Part shown: positions 39,073 to 48,887 of the stretch, one piece after another | Position numbering within the stretch: the first letter of the stretch is position 1 | Layout: the number at the start of each line of letters is the position of its first letter | Assembly (NCBI GenBank): GCA_045106895.1 | Contig: JBGCFM010000014.1 | Coordinates: forward strand, 1 to 53,655 | Direction of reading: 5' to 3' | Length of the DNA: 53,655 nt | From: Polyangiales bacterium | Lineage (GTDB): Bacteria; Myxococcota_A; Polyangia; Polyangiales; Houyiibacteriaceae | Translations under genes and position numbers: made by a program | The notes under the pieces: model-generated | The model's database searches: none | What the model saw: only the letters and a program-made list of their open reading frames with translations | What the model was told of the DNA's origin: nothing

Positions 39073-39486
39073 TCAGCCGCCAAATGCCTTGGCGATCTCC
39101 TCACTTGTCATCGTCTTCGTCTCGCCCTCGAGGGTGATTCCCTCAGGTTGTTGGTCGATGAAATACTGAATCGCGTTGGTGAGACCCGAAGTCTCATCCA
39201 GCGTGCCGAGGGCGATGCTCTTGCCCCCGTGCCCCGGCGCGAAATAGTAGATATTGGACCCGCAGCTTCCGCAGAAGGCCCGCTCTGCCCATTCCGAGGA
39301 CTTGTAGACGGTAAGCGCTTCTTCGCCTTGAGTGAGCGTAAACTCGGTCGTGCTGGCGCCGAAATATGTTCCAGCTGACCATCGCTGGCACATCTTGCAG
39401 TAGCACGCCGCGAAACCACCACTGACCTTCGCCTCGTAGCGGACCGCACCACAAAGACACCCGCCGACTCGTTTTTCGTCACTCAT
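39073..39486 (-). CDS. GFA (CENP-V) family protein
   Basis: GGCLCGAVRY, CYCKMCQR, RAFCGSCGS. Confidence 0.92.
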   Translation of the reverse strand: MSDEKRVGGCLCGAVRYEAKVSGGFAACYCKMCQRWSAGTYFGASTTEFTLTQGEEALTVYKSSEWAERAFCGSCGSNIYYFAPGHGGKSIALGTLDETSGLTNAIQYFIDQQPEGITLEGETKTMTSEEIAKAFGG

Positions 39487-39521
39487 TCGCAAAGCCTAAC
39501 AGCTGAGCTTAAGACGGAACG

Positions 39522-39548
39522 AAAAAGCCCGGCCAGAAGCCGGGCTTT
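39522..39548 (-). terminator. intrinsic terminator of the alpha operon
   Basis: Minus strand AAAGCCCGGC-TTCTG-GCCGGGC-TTTTT downstream of rplQ. Confidence 0.85.
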
Positions 39549-39564
39549 CGAGAAGGTTTGAGAC

Positions 39565-40095
39565 CTACTCTTCTTCGCTGCTTGCTGCGGGCGCAGCCAC
39601 GATCTTCTCGGGCAGAACAGCGTCGACCAACTCGATCATCGAGATGGGTGCGTTGTCGCCGCGTCGGTTCTGAAGCTTGATGATTCGTGTGTATCCGCCG
39701 CCCTTGCCCGCCTTCGCGCGCTCAAGGTAACGAGGGGCGACCTCGTGGAAGAGCTTGTGGATCATGTCCACATCTTCAACCACGTCGCCGCCAAGCGTGC
39801 GGGTGAGCTTCTTCGGAAGGAACTTCGCAACTTCACGCTGTGCGTGGATACGCGCAGCAAGAACTCGCTCACGCTCGCCGGCGTCGCTGATCTTACCGAT
39901 GTCGACCTGGAGGTCATCGCCAAGACGAACTGCGCGTGTGATGAGCCGCTCAACGATGCGACGAAGTTCCTTCGCCTTTGCATCGGTGGTGCGGATCCGC
40001 TCGTGAAGAATCAGGTTACCCGCAAGGTTGCGGAACATGGCTCGGCGGTGGGATGTGTTGCGGCCAAACTTACGGCCTGCTTTTTGATGTCGCAT
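39565..40095 (-). CDS. rplQ: 50S ribosomal protein L17
   Basis: [36 protein letters not shown]; internal insertions. Confidence 0.96.
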   Translation of the reverse strand: MRHQKAGRKFGRNTSHRRAMFRNLAGNLILHERIRTTDAKAKELRRIVERLITRAVRLGDDLQVDIGKISDAGERERVLAARIHAQREVAKFLPKKLTRTLGGDVVEDVDMIHKLFHEVAPRYLERAKAGKGGGYTRIIKLQNRRGDNAPISMIELVDAVLPEKIVAAPAASSEEE

Positions 40096-40147
40096 GGTTC
40101 TTATCCGAAAAGGAGGGACGCAGAGAAAGCGCTACCCTCAAAGATTG

Positions 40148-41167
40148 TTATTGGGCCTGATGCGCCTTCCAGCGCTCCTTCATGGCTTCCCAGTTTTCGA
40201 TCTCCATGCCGAGGGAGAGACCCATGTCCGCGAGAATCTCGCGAATCTCCTTGAGTGACTTACGGCCGAAGTTCTTGGTCTTGAGCATCTCTGCGTCCGT
40301 CTTCTGAACAAGCTCACCGATGAGGTGGATGTTCGCGTTCTGGAGGCAGTTGGCGCTTCGCACGGAGAGCTCGAGCTCTTCAACGCTGCGGAAGAGGTTC
40401 TCGTTGAGAGGCTCCTCTTCGCGGGTGGTTTCAACCGGCTCTTCTTCTTCTTCGAAGTTGATGAAGATGGTGAGCTGGTCTTTGAGAATCTTCGCGGCAA
40501 GAGCGACGGCGTCCGATGGGATGACCGCGCCGTTGGTGAAGACCTCGAGGGAAAGCTTGTCGTAGTCGGTAACCTGTCCAACGCGGGCGTTGGTGACGGT
40601 GTAGTTGACCTTGCGAATCGGCGAGAAGAGTGCGTCGATTGGAATGGTCCCGATGGACATGTTGGGCGTCTTGTTACGCTCAGCAGGAACGTAGCCGCGA
40701 CCCACATCAACCGTGAGCTCCGCTGCGAAACGTCCGCCCTTGGAGACGGTGCAAATGACGTGGTCAGGGTTGAGAATCTCAACCTGGTCCGTGACCTGAA
40801 TGTCGCCGGCGGTGATCTCGCAGGGGCCTTCCTTGTCGATGCGCACCATGTGTGTCTTCGACGAGTGGGCTCGAACAGTGACTTCCTTCAAGTTCAGGAT
40901 GATCTCCGTGACGTCTTCAACGACGTCCGGAACCTGAGTGAACTCGTGGAGAGCCCCGTCGATCTTGACCGCCGTGATGGCTGCGCCCTGAAGCGACGAA
41001 AGGAGAACGCGCCGCAGCGAGTTACCGAGCGTGATGCCGAAACCGCGCTCAAGAGGCTCGGCGACGAACTTTCCGTAGCGCTCCGAGAGGCTGTCCTGAT
41101 CGACAGGAACCGTCTTGGGACGAATAAGGTCGCGCCAGTTGCGAGCAACGAGGGTTGGAATGGTCAT
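40148..41167 (-). CDS. rpoA: RNA polymerase alpha subunit
   Basis: [42 protein letters not shown]. Confidence 0.98.
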   Translation of the reverse strand: MTIPTLVARNWRDLIRPKTVPVDQDSLSERYGKFVAEPLERGFGITLGNSLRRVLLSSLQGAAITAVKIDGALHEFTQVPDVVEDVTEIILNLKEVTVRAHSSKTHMVRIDKEGPCEITAGDIQVTDQVEILNPDHVICTVSKGGRFAAELTVDVGRGYVPAERNKTPNMSIGTIPIDALFSPIRKVNYTVTNARVGQVTDYDKLSLEVFTNGAVIPSDAVALAAKILKDQLTIFINFEEEEEPVETTREEEPLNENLFRSVEELELSVRSANCLQNANIHLIGELVQKTDAEMLKTKNFGRKSLKEIREILADMGLSLGMEIENWEAMKERWKAHQAQ

Positions 41168-41314
41168 GCGGTATCTCCGGGGGACGAATCAGAACGAAAG
41201 CTTGTTTGGGGGGTAACCCCGTGGTGCACGAGGGGACTCGATAGTCCCCTCAGAAAACACCGGTTGGGTGAGCGGGTCTAGTTTCCGACGCGTTGCAAAA
41301 GCAACGGGGCGAGT

Positions 41315-41716
41315 CTAGACGCGTCGGCGCTTAGGAGGCCGGCAACCGTTGTGAGGAATAGGAGTCACGTCGCGGATGAGCGTGACGCGCATTCCGACGT
41401 TCTGGAACGCTCGAAGAGCTGACTCTCGGCCTGCGCCGGGGCCCTTCACGAAGATCGCCACCGTCTTCATACCGCAATCCTGCGCTGCGCGAGCGGCGTC
41501 TTCAGCCGCAAGCTGCGCTGCGAAAGGCGTGCTCTTACGTGAGCCCTTGAAGCCCTTCGCACCGGCCGTCGACCAGCTGACCACGTTACCGTTCAGGTCC
41601 GTGATAGTGACGATGGTGTTGTTGAACGTGCTCTGAATGTGGGCGATGCCACTAGCGATGTTCTTTTTGACTTTTTTCTTGCCGCCTTTTTTGGCGGTCG
41701 TTTTGCCCTTGGCCAT
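41315..41716 (-). CDS. rpsK: 30S ribosomal protein S11
   Basis: [29 protein letters not shown]. Confidence 0.98.
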   Translation of the reverse strand: MAKGKTTAKKGGKKKVKKNIASGIAHIQSTFNNTIVTITDLNGNVVSWSTAGAKGFKGSRKSTPFAAQLAAEDAARAAQDCGMKTVAIFVKGPGAGRESALRAFQNVGMRVTLIRDVTPIPHNGCRPPKRRRV

Positions 41717-41763
41717 ATTCTATGTCTCCGCGAAAGCTTGGAAGTGACTGCGCTTAAGAAGTG

Positions 41764-42132
41764 CTAGCGCTTACGCGTCATTGGGCCGCGCTTTGGACCC
41801 TTGCGTGTACGTGCGTTGGTGTGAGTGCGCTGACCACGGACCGGAAGACCGCGACGATGACGAAGACCACGGTAGCAACCGAGCTCCATCAAACGCTTGA
41901 TGTGAAGCTGGATCTCGCGCCGGAGATCGCCTTCCACTTTGTAGTTGTGGTCGATGACTTCGCGGATCTTACGAACCTCAGCGTCGTCGAGATCGTCCGC
42001 CTTCTTGTTGGAAGGGATCCCCGTCATCTCACAGATGGCCTTAGCCCGAACGGGACCAATTCCATAGATGTACTGTAGAGCGATGACCGTGTGTTTTCGG
42101 CCGGGGATGTCTACACCCGCAATGCGTGCCAT
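41764..42132 (-). CDS. rpsM: 30S ribosomal protein S13
   Basis: [31 protein letters not shown]. Confidence 0.98.
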   Translation of the reverse strand: MARIAGVDIPGRKHTVIALQYIYGIGPVRAKAICEMTGIPSNKKADDLDDAEVRKIREVIDHNYKVEGDLRREIQLHIKRLMELGCYRGLRHRRGLPVRGQRTHTNARTRKGPKRGPMTRKR

Positions 42133-42188
42133 GTTCGAACCTTTTCTTCTCGCCTGATTTTGCGCCCTCTTCTTGAGGCCGCGAAAGT

Positions 42189-42398
42189 TTATAACCGCGC
42201 TATTATCTTTGCCCTTGTTGGATCGTAGGGAGAGACCTCCACCACAACCCGGTCGCCGGGTATCAACTTCACTGTTGTCTTGCGTGCCTTGGACGATATT
42301 GCTGCGCGAACTGCCTTACCGTCGTCTAACACCACTCTGAACAAGCCTTTGGGAAGCGTTTCTTCAATCACGCCTTCCTCTTGCTTGCTCACATTCAC
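42189..42398 (-). CDS. infA: translation initiation factor IF-1 (divergent)
   Basis: [25 protein letters not shown] in the canonical position between adk and rpsM. Confidence 0.8.
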   Translation of the reverse strand: MNVSKQEEGVIEETLPKGLFRVVLDDGKAVRAAISSKARKTTVKLIPGDRVVVEVSPYDPTRAKIIARL

Positions 42399-43021
42399 TC
42401 TCCGATCGCCGTCTCGATTCTGGCGCTAACCTCATCCAGGGAGCCTGTCCCTACGATCCGTTCGACCACAGTGCCAGTCGCCGCGTAATATTCGAGGACA
42501 GGTTCGGTGATTCCCTTGTAATCTTGGTACCGCTTGCGTGCAGTTTCTTCGTTGTCATCTGCCCGCTGCTTCACTTCTACGCCTGCGGGGGGCGGATTAT
42601 AGCGGATGTGATACTCCTGTCCACCATCCACAGCGATACGACGTCCAGAGATACGCTCTACGACGTCTTCTTCGGGGACATCGAGGACAAGAACGCGATC
42701 TAATGTGCGGTTGAGCTCGCCGAAGATACCGTCAAGAGCCTTCGCTTGACCCACAGTCCGAGGGAACCCGTCAAAAATTACGCCGCCGCTTGCATCGTCT
42801 TCCTCAAGGCGCTTCTTGATGAGCTCAAGAACGAGTTCGTCAGGAACAAGCTGACCTTGGGACATGAACGAATCAAAACGAGCACCGAGGTCAGAGCCAC
42901 TCTTGCGCTCAGCGCGCATGATTTCACCCGTCGAAACCTGCGGGATTCCCAGCTTGCTCACCAATCGCTTGGCTTGCGTACCTTTGCCCGCCCCTGGCGG
43001 TCCGAAGAAAACGAGATTCAT
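42395..43021 (-). CDS. adk: adenylate kinase with shortened Cys-free LID
   Basis: GPPGAGKGTQA, STGEIMR, DGFPRT, QRADD. Confidence 0.95.
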   Translation of the reverse strand: MNLVFFGPPGAGKGTQAKRLVSKLGIPQVSTGEIMRAERKSGSDLGARFDSFMSQGQLVPDELVLELIKKRLEEDDASGGVIFDGFPRTVGQAKALDGIFGELNRTLDRVLVLDVPEEDVVERISGRRIAVDGGQEYHIRYNPPPAGVEVKQRADDNEETARKRYQDYKGITEPVLEYYAATGTVVERIVGTGSLDEVSARIETAIGE

Positions 43022-43023
43022 GA

Positions 43024-44358
43024 CTACTGACGTCCGCGAATCTTGGGGCCACCGCTCGAGATGCCCTCGTAGTGACGGTTGATGAGATGTGATTCGATCT
43101 GCTGAGCTGTGTCGAGGGCGACACCCACAACAATCATCAGCGACGTGCCACCGAGATAGAATGGAACCTGGAAGCCGGACTGCAACAAGGTCGGAACCGT
43201 ACACACAAGCGTGATGTAGAGGGAACCAGCGACTGTGATACGCGTAAGAACGCGGTCGATGTAGTCCGCCGTGTCACGACCTGGAGTCACGTTGGGGATA
43301 TAAGCGTTCTGCTTCTTGAGGTTCTCGGCCACATCGACGGGCTGAAACTGAACCGCTGTGTAAAAGAAGCAGAAGAAGATGGTCATGACAGCGAAGACGG
43401 TCATGTAGATCCACTGGTTTGGACCGTTCGGCTGAAGCTGGGTGTTGAGCCAGTTCATTCCCGGGATGCCAAGGTTCGCCAAAGTCATTGGGAACATCAT
43501 CAGGGAGGAAGTGAAGATGGGCGGAATAACACCGGCCATGTTGACTCGAAGCGGCAGGTGCGATTGCTGCCCGCCATGCATCTTCTGACCTATCATCCTC
43601 TTCGCGTAGGTGATCGGCAGCCTGCGCTGCGCTCTCTCGAAGAAGCAAATGAAGGCGGTCGTAAGGACGGCGATGAAGGCGATGATCAGGAGGTCCGTTG
43701 GCTTCATCTGGCCAATCTGGAGCTGCGAGTACGTGCTGAAGAGCGCGTCCGGCAAGTTGGCAACGATGCCGGCGAAGATGATGAGGGAGATTCCGTTTCC
43801 GATTCCCCGCTCCGTGATCTGCTCACCGAGCCACATGAGGAACGCTGTACCAGTCGTGAGGGACAGGACCGTCATGAAGCGGAAGACCCAGCCTGGGTCG
43901 GCGACGACATCCCCGACGCTTCCGCCGAGTCCGCCGGAAGCGGTGCCGTTCATGCCTTCAAGCCAAAACGCGATGCCCGTGCCCTGGATGATCGAGAGGA
44001 TGATCGTTCCGTAGCGCGTGTACTGGTTGATCTTTCGCTGACCAGCCTCGCCCTCTTTCTTGAGCTCTTCGAGTGGCTTCACCACCACACCCATCAGGGA
44101 GAGAATAATACTCGCCGAGACGTAGGGCATGATGTTGAGCGCGAAGATCGACATCTGCTCCAGGGCGCCGCCGCTGAAGAGATTGAACATGCCCAGGAAG
44201 CCGCCGGACTGAGCCTGCATCTTCTCTTGAAGGACACTTCGATTCACCCCGGGCGTCGTGACAAAGATGCCGACGCGGTACACTGCAAGCATACCAAGGG
44301 TGAACAGGATCCTCTTGCGTAGCTCGGGGATCTTGGCGATGTTCGCGAAGACGCTCAT
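43024..44358 (-). CDS. secY: preprotein translocase SecY
   Basis: [49 protein letters not shown]. Confidence 0.98.
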   Translation of the reverse strand: MSVFANIAKIPELRKRILFTLGMLAVYRVGIFVTTPGVNRSVLQEKMQAQSGGFLGMFNLFSGGALEQMSIFALNIMPYVSASIILSLMGVVVKPLEELKKEGEAGQRKINQYTRYGTIILSIIQGTGIAFWLEGMNGTASGGLGGSVGDVVADPGWVFRFMTVLSLTTGTAFLMWLGEQITERGIGNGISLIIFAGIVANLPDALFSTYSQLQIGQMKPTDLLIIAFIAVLTTAFICFFERAQRRLPITYAKRMIGQKMHGGQQSHLPLRVNMAGVIPPIFTSSLMMFPMTLANLGIPGMNWLNTQLQPNGPNQWIYMTVFAVMTIFFCFFYTAVQFQPVDVAENLKKQNAYIPNVTPGRDTADYIDRVLTRITVAGSLYITLVCTVPTLLQSGFQVPFYLGGTSLMIVVGVALDTAQQIESHLINRHYEGISSGGPKIRGRQ

Positions 44359-44440
44359 AGGGAAGTCTCGATAATCACTGGAACGCCCTAATGCACGCCG
44401 AAACGTGAATTAGGGGGCCAATCCAATGTAAAAAGGGAGG

Positions 44441-44932
44441 TTAGGCCGATGCCTTAGTGGGAATCTCGCGTACGGTCGCAGTGCCGCCGGCAGCTTCAAT
44501 CTTTGCCTTCGCGCTCTTCGAAAAGCCGAGGACGTTGATCGTGAGGGCCTTGTTGATGTCCCCGTTTCCAAGGATTTTCACACCATCGACACGACGGGAA
44601 AGCAAACCTGCCTCCTTGAGAGAGGCCATGTTGACCGTCGCGCCAGCTTCGAAACGTGCCAGGTCGGACACGTTGAACGTGGCGATCTTCTTGGCGAACT
44701 TCTCGTTGCTGAAGCCGAACTTTGGAAGGCGGCGGAAGAGAGGTGTCTGACCACCCTCGAAACCGATCTTGGAGAAGTTGCCTGGGCTACGAGCCTTCTG
44801 GCCCTTCATACCCTTACCGGCGGTCTTGCCGAGGCCGGAGCCAACGCCGCGACCTTTGCGCTTCTTGTTCTTCACTGCGCCAACAGGTGCACGAAGACGG
44901 GAGAGAATTGGAATATCGTTTTGCTCAGCCAT
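44441..44932 (-). CDS. rplO: 50S ribosomal protein L15
   Basis: GRGVGSGLGKTAGKG, FEGGQTPLFRRLPK, KIEAAGG. Confidence 0.97.
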   Translation of the reverse strand: MAEQNDIPILSRLRAPVGAVKNKKRKGRGVGSGLGKTAGKGMKGQKARSPGNFSKIGFEGGQTPLFRRLPKFGFSNEKFAKKIATFNVSDLARFEAGATVNMASLKEAGLLSRRVDGVKILGNGDINKALTINVLGFSKSAKAKIEAAGGTATVREIPTKASA

Positions 44933-45116
44933 TGGTTTCCTCCACGGACACAAGGTGCAGGACCTTCTTCACGGCGCCGCGAAACGACGGCGTGTTGTCG
45001 ATGACGACGGTCTTGTTGATGCCGCGCAGACCAAGTCCCTTGAGGATTTGCTTCTGGCGAGCACTGCGACCGATGCCGCTCTTGAGCTGGGTAACTTTGA
45101 GCTTCTTAGCAGTCAT
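44925..45116 (-). CDS. rpmD: 50S ribosomal protein L30
   Basis: [27 protein letters not shown]. Confidence 0.95.
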   Translation of the reverse strand: MTAKKLKVTQLKSGIGRSARQKQILKGLGLRGINKTVVIDNTPSFRGAVKKVLHLVSVEETNG

Positions 45117-45631
45117 TGCGCTGCAACCTGTTCTGGGTTCAATCCGCGGCGAGTGGCGACCATCTTGACGTCTTCGAGCTGGCGAAGCGCGTCGGCGGTG
45201 GCGCCCACAACGTTGTGCGGGTTGGTGGTGTTGAGAATCTTGGCAAGCACGTCCTTGACGCCAGCGGCCTCGAGGACGGCGCGCATGGCACCTCCTGCGA
45301 TGACACCGGTACCAGGGGATGCGGGGCGAAGCATGACCTTGCCTGCGCCGTGATGGCCGAGAACTTTGTGAGGGATGGTGGCGCCGACGAGGGGAACGCG
45401 GAACATGTTCTTCTTCGCGGCATCGCTGCCTTTACGAATCGAATCAGGAACTTCGTTTGCCTTGCCGAGACCGACGCCCACGTGGCCGTTGCCGTCGCCG
45501 ACGACGACGAGCGCCGAGAAGCTGAAGCGGCGGCCGCCTTTGACGACCTTAGCAACGCGGTTGATGAAGATAACTCGCTCGGTGATGTCTTCGAGGGAGT
45601 TGGGATCGATGATTTCGCTGGAATAAGCCAT
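45113..45631 (-). CDS. rpsE: 30S ribosomal protein S5
   Basis: [31 protein letters not shown]. Confidence 0.98.
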   Translation of the reverse strand: MAYSSEIIDPNSLEDITERVIFINRVAKVVKGGRRFSFSALVVVGDGNGHVGVGLGKANEVPDSIRKGSDAAKKNMFRVPLVGATIPHKVLGHHGAGKVMLRPASPGTGVIAGGAMRAVLEAAGVKDVLAKILNTTNPHNVVGATADALRQLEDVKMVATRRGLNPEQVAAQ

Positions 45632-45664
45632 GGTGTGTCCTTGGTTTTCTGGAACGAAGGTTCC

Positions 45665-46018
45665 TTAGAACGAAATGCCGCCCTCTCGAGCGCCTTCCGC
45701 CAGGGCCTTCACCCGGCCGTGATAGATGTATCCGTTTCGGTCGAAGACGACCTTCTCGACGCCAGCCTGCTTGCAAGCAGCGGCGACCGCAGTTCCGACG
45801 GCCTTGGCCTGCTCGATCTTCCCGTCTCCGTCGACGTTGAAGCCCTTGGACTTCGAGGAGCTCGAGGCGATCGTGCGACCCGTTGTGTCGTCGATGACCT
45901 GTGCGTAGATGTGGTTGGCGCTTCGAAAGACCGAAAGCCGTGGGCGCGCTGTGCTGCCGCTGACCTTGCCTCGGATGCGCCGCTTGCGGCGAAGTCGTCC
46001 CTGGTTTTGCTTGTTCAT
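45665..46018 (-). CDS. rplR: 50S ribosomal protein L18
   Basis: [26 protein letters not shown]. Confidence 0.98.
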   Translation of the reverse strand: MNKQNQGRLRRKRRIRGKVSGSTARPRLSVFRSANHIYAQVIDDTTGRTIASSSSKSKGFNVDGDGKIEQAKAVGTAVAAACKQAGVEKVVFDRNGYIYHGRVKALAEGAREGGISF

Positions 46019-46029
46019 CGCTATACCTT

Positions 46030-46614
46030 CTACTTCGAACCGGACTTGCCGGCCTTCTCGCGGATTTTCTCGCCTGTGTAGCGAACGCCCTTGCCACCGT
46101 AAGGATTCGGCGGGCGAATCGAACGGATGCGGGCGGCCACTCGACCGACGACTTCATTGCTGATGCACTCAAGGTGCACGCGGGGGAACTTCGTGCCGGC
46201 CATGTCGATCTGCTCGATCTTCACGCTGACGTTCTCTGGAATCGCCAAGATAGGCTGGTGCGAAAGACCCACCGTCATCTTGAGCGTGTTGTTCTTGTAC
46301 TCAGCTCGGTAACCGACGCCGCGGAAGTCGAGGCTCTTCTTGTAACCGTTCTTCGCGCCCTCAACCATGTTGCCGATGAGCGCACGGGTCGTGCCCTGGA
46401 ACATGATGCCGGCCTGGCCCATTCCCTCGCGGGGACGAACAAGAACTTCGGCGCCTTCTTGGGAGATTTTGACCTCGTCCCGGAAAGTGCGCTCGATCTC
46501 GCCCTTTGGACCTTTGACCTTCACGGTCTGGCCACTGATGGAGACGGTCACGCCATCAAGAACAACCACAGGCTTCTTGCCATTACGGCTTTGCTTTTGG
46601 ACTTCAGCAGCCAT
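46030..46614 (-). CDS. rplF: 50S ribosomal protein L6
   Basis: [34 protein letters not shown]. Confidence 0.97.
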   Translation of the reverse strand: MAAEVQKQSRNGKKPVVVLDGVTVSISGQTVKVKGPKGEIERTFRDEVKISQEGAEVLVRPREGMGQAGIMFQGTTRALIGNMVEGAKNGYKKSLDFRGVGYRAEYKNNTLKMTVGLSHQPILAIPENVSVKIEQIDMAGTKFPRVHLECISNEVVGRVAARIRSIRPPNPYGGKGVRYTGEKIREKAGKSGSK

Positions 46615-46997
46615 CACCACACCTCACAGAGCACTTCGCCGCCGATTTTGGCTTCGCGTGCTTTTTTGTCCGTCATGAGACCGTTCGAGGTCGACATGAT
46701 GGCGATTCCAAGTCCGTTGTGGACCTTAGGGATGTCCGTGGTTCCAACGTAGAGACGTCGGCCGGGACGGCTTGTGCGCTTGATGCCGATGAAGGCGCAG
46801 CGTCGGTTCTTGCCGTACTTGAGCTGTACGGTCAGGGAGCGTTCGCCCACCTGGTAGTCCGTGACGTAGCCCTCCTCCTTGAGGATCTTGGCAACGTTTA
46901 CTTTGAGCTTCGACAGAGGAATCTCCGTCTGGTCCTGGTGCGCAAGCGCAGCATTCCGCAGGCGGGTCAGCATGTCGGCGATGGGGTCGGTCATCAT
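46614..46997 (-). CDS. rpsH: 30S ribosomal protein S8
   Basis: TDPIADMLTRLRNA, SRPGRRLY, GGEVLCEVW. Confidence 0.98.
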   Translation of the reverse strand: MMTDPIADMLTRLRNAALAHQDQTEIPLSKLKVNVAKILKEEGYVTDYQVGERSLTVQLKYGKNRRCAFIGIKRTSRPGRRLYVGTTDIPKVHNGLGIAIMSTSNGLMTDKKAREAKIGGEVLCEVW

Positions 46998-47049
46998 AGC
47001 GAAAAAACTCTCTTCTTAATCTTCGTGTGCGGGTTCGTGAGAACGCGCT

Positions 47050-47598
47050 TTACTTTCGGAGGGGCATCCCAAGACCGCGCAACAGCGCTCGCCCGTGGTC
47101 GTCAGTTTTCGCCGAGGTGACGAAGGTGATGTTCATTCCCTTGATCTTGTCGATCTTGTCGTACTGAATCTCAGGGAAGATGATCTGCTCTTTGACGCCC
47201 ATCGTGTAGTTGCCACGACCGTCGAAGGACTTCTTGCTGACGCCCTGAAAGTCTCGGGTACGAGGAATCGCGAACGTGATGAGACGGTCAGCGAACTCCC
47301 ACATTTTCTCGCGCCGGAGCGTCACCATCACGCCGATGGGCATTCCCTCGCGAAGCTTGAAAGTCGCGATGGACTTCTTCGCTTTCGTCACCACAGGCTT
47401 CTGACCTGTGATCGTCGCCATCTCTTCGACGGCGGCGTCGATGAGCTTCGCGTTTGCGACGGCATCACCGAGACCCATGTTCACGACGATCTTCTTGAGC
47501 TCAGGCACCTGCATGGGGTTCGCAAACTCGAACTCCTTCATGAGCTTGGCCACTACCTCGTCGCGGTACTTCTTCTTTAGTCTAGCTACGTATGTCAT
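47050..47598 (-). CDS. rplE: 50S ribosomal protein L5
   Basis: [28 protein letters not shown]. Confidence 0.98.
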   Translation of the reverse strand: MTYVARLKKKYRDEVVAKLMKEFEFANPMQVPELKKIVVNMGLGDAVANAKLIDAAVEEMATITGQKPVVTKAKKSIATFKLREGMPIGVMVTLRREKMWEFADRLITFAIPRTRDFQGVSKKSFDGRGNYTMGVKEQIIFPEIQYDKIDKIKGMNITFVTSAKTDDHGRALLRGLGMPLRK

Positions 47599-47665
47599 TT
47601 TCTATTCTTTGGTTTCATCCACGCCGATAAGGTCAGCATGACCCGGCTTTGTGGATGGGCCGAAC

Positions 47666-47800
47666 TTCTTGTTTTCTAGTCTGAATGCATCACCGAGTAG
47701 GCAATGCAGGCAGTTACGAGTATGTCGCAGTTCTTGTTTTTCTAGTCTGAGTACGCCACCGAGTAGGCAACGCAACCAGTTTTGGATGTGTCGCAGTTCT
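47666..47800. repeat. imperfect tandem duplication (66-bp period) of the lipoprotein 3' end
   Basis: Copy 1 encodes NCDTSKTGCVAYSVAYSD*, copy 2 encodes NCDILVTACIAYSVMHSD*; stops at 47742 and 47676. Confidence 0.88.
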
Positions 47801-48197
47801 CCGCGTTGATCTCACATTCACAATACAAACTGAAACATTCACGCATCGTAAAGTGCAATTCAGCACACACGTCAAACGCATTTGGATAGTGACACTCCAC
47901 ACTCAGAGCCTCGCGCATACATCCGAAGTATGCGTCCGCGGCGGTATCACAGCCACCGCCTCCTGAGTTCACCAGTTGCGCAGCGGTAAAGTGGTTGTTG
48001 ATGCGATCCTCGGCAGTACTCAAGCTGATACGACACTCATTCGAAAGTTGAGCTGTGAACTCACTAGGACCACTGTCAGGAAGTGGGCCAGTATCGGTGC
48101 CGCCATCAGAGTCAGGAAGCATCCCAACATCGGATTGCATGCGGTCGTCATCACCACATGCAAGCGAAAGAAGGATCAGAGCTGTGACGACACGCAT
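47742..48197 (-). CDS. Cys-rich lipoprotein inserted in the spc operon
   Basis: Lipobox SLAC-GDDD, PDS linker, 10 further Cys; ~49% GC by hand count over 47761-47940. Confidence 0.75.
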   Translation of the reverse strand: MRVVTALILLSLACGDDDRMQSDVGMLPDSDGGTDTGPLPDSGPSEFTAQLSNECRISLSTAEDRINNHFTAAQLVNSGGGGCDTAADAYFGCMREALSVECHYPNAFDVCAELHFTMRECFSLYCECEINAENCDTSKTGCVAYSVAYSD

Positions 48198-48201
48198 CTT
48201 T

Positions 48202-48513
48202 TCAGTCCAGGGTTGCGCCGCTTCGAACCGAGACGCGGACTTTGACGCCCTCGTCGTTGGTGCTCATGCGAATGCGCGTGGGCTTCTGGGACTCGGGGTC
48301 GAGGATGGCAACGTTGGAAGCGTCGATTGGGCGCTCCTTCTCGAGGATGCCAGCTTCACGGTACTTGCGGGGGCTACGATGGTGCTTCTTGACGTTGACT
48401 CCCTCGACGAGCACGCGGCCGTCTTCGAGAACCTTCAAGATGCGACCCTTTTCGCCCTTTTCTTTACCAGCGATGACGATGACTTCATCGTCCTTCTTCA
48501 ATCGCAGAGCCAT
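48202..48513 (-). CDS. rplX: 50S ribosomal protein L24
   Basis: KDDEVIVIAGKEKG, VEGVN, PIDASNV. Confidence 0.97.
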   Translation of the reverse strand: MALRLKKDDEVIVIAGKEKGEKGRILKVLEDGRVLVEGVNVKKHHRSPRKYREAGILEKERPIDASNVAILDPESQKPTRIRMSTNDEGVKVRVSVRSGATLD

Positions 48514-48884
48514 CACACCACCTCCGGTGCAAGCGTGACGATCTTCATGCCCTGCTTGCGAGCACGAAGCTCACGAGCGACAGGTCCGAAGACGCGAGTC
48601 CCGAGGGGCTCGTTGTCCTTGTTGACGAGGACAGCACCGTTCGTGTCGAACTTGATGCTGGTGCCATCGGGGCGCTGAATGCCCTTCTTGGTTCGAACGA
48701 TCATGGCCCGGGCGACTTCGCCCTTCTTGACCTTGCCGTTCGGCATGCACTCTTTGATGGACACGACGATGACGTCGCCAACGCTTGCGTAGCGTCGCTT
48801 GGATCCACCGAGGACCTTGATGCACTTGACTCGTTTTGCGCCGCTGTTGTCGGCGACATCGAGCACTGATTCAGTCTGAATCAT
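48513..48884 (-). CDS. rplN: 50S ribosomal protein L14
   Basis: [28 protein letters not shown]. Confidence 0.98.
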   Translation of the reverse strand: MIQTESVLDVADNSGAKRVKCIKVLGGSKRRYASVGDVIVVSIKECMPNGKVKKGEVARAMIVRTKKGIQRPDGTSIKFDTNGAVLVNKDNEPLGTRVFGPVARELRARKQGMKIVTLAPEVV

Positions 48885-48887
48885 TTT

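Noticed and set aside
46998..47049. Hidden short rpsN here (or rpmJ at 42133-42188) missed by the ORF track
   Set aside because: The spacers are 52 and 56 bp, too short for S14 or L36, and have no matching translation
47666..47800. Diversity-generating retroelement VR/TR pair
   Set aside because: Mismatches are not adenine-specific (many C/T, one G/C) and there is no reverse transcriptase in the window
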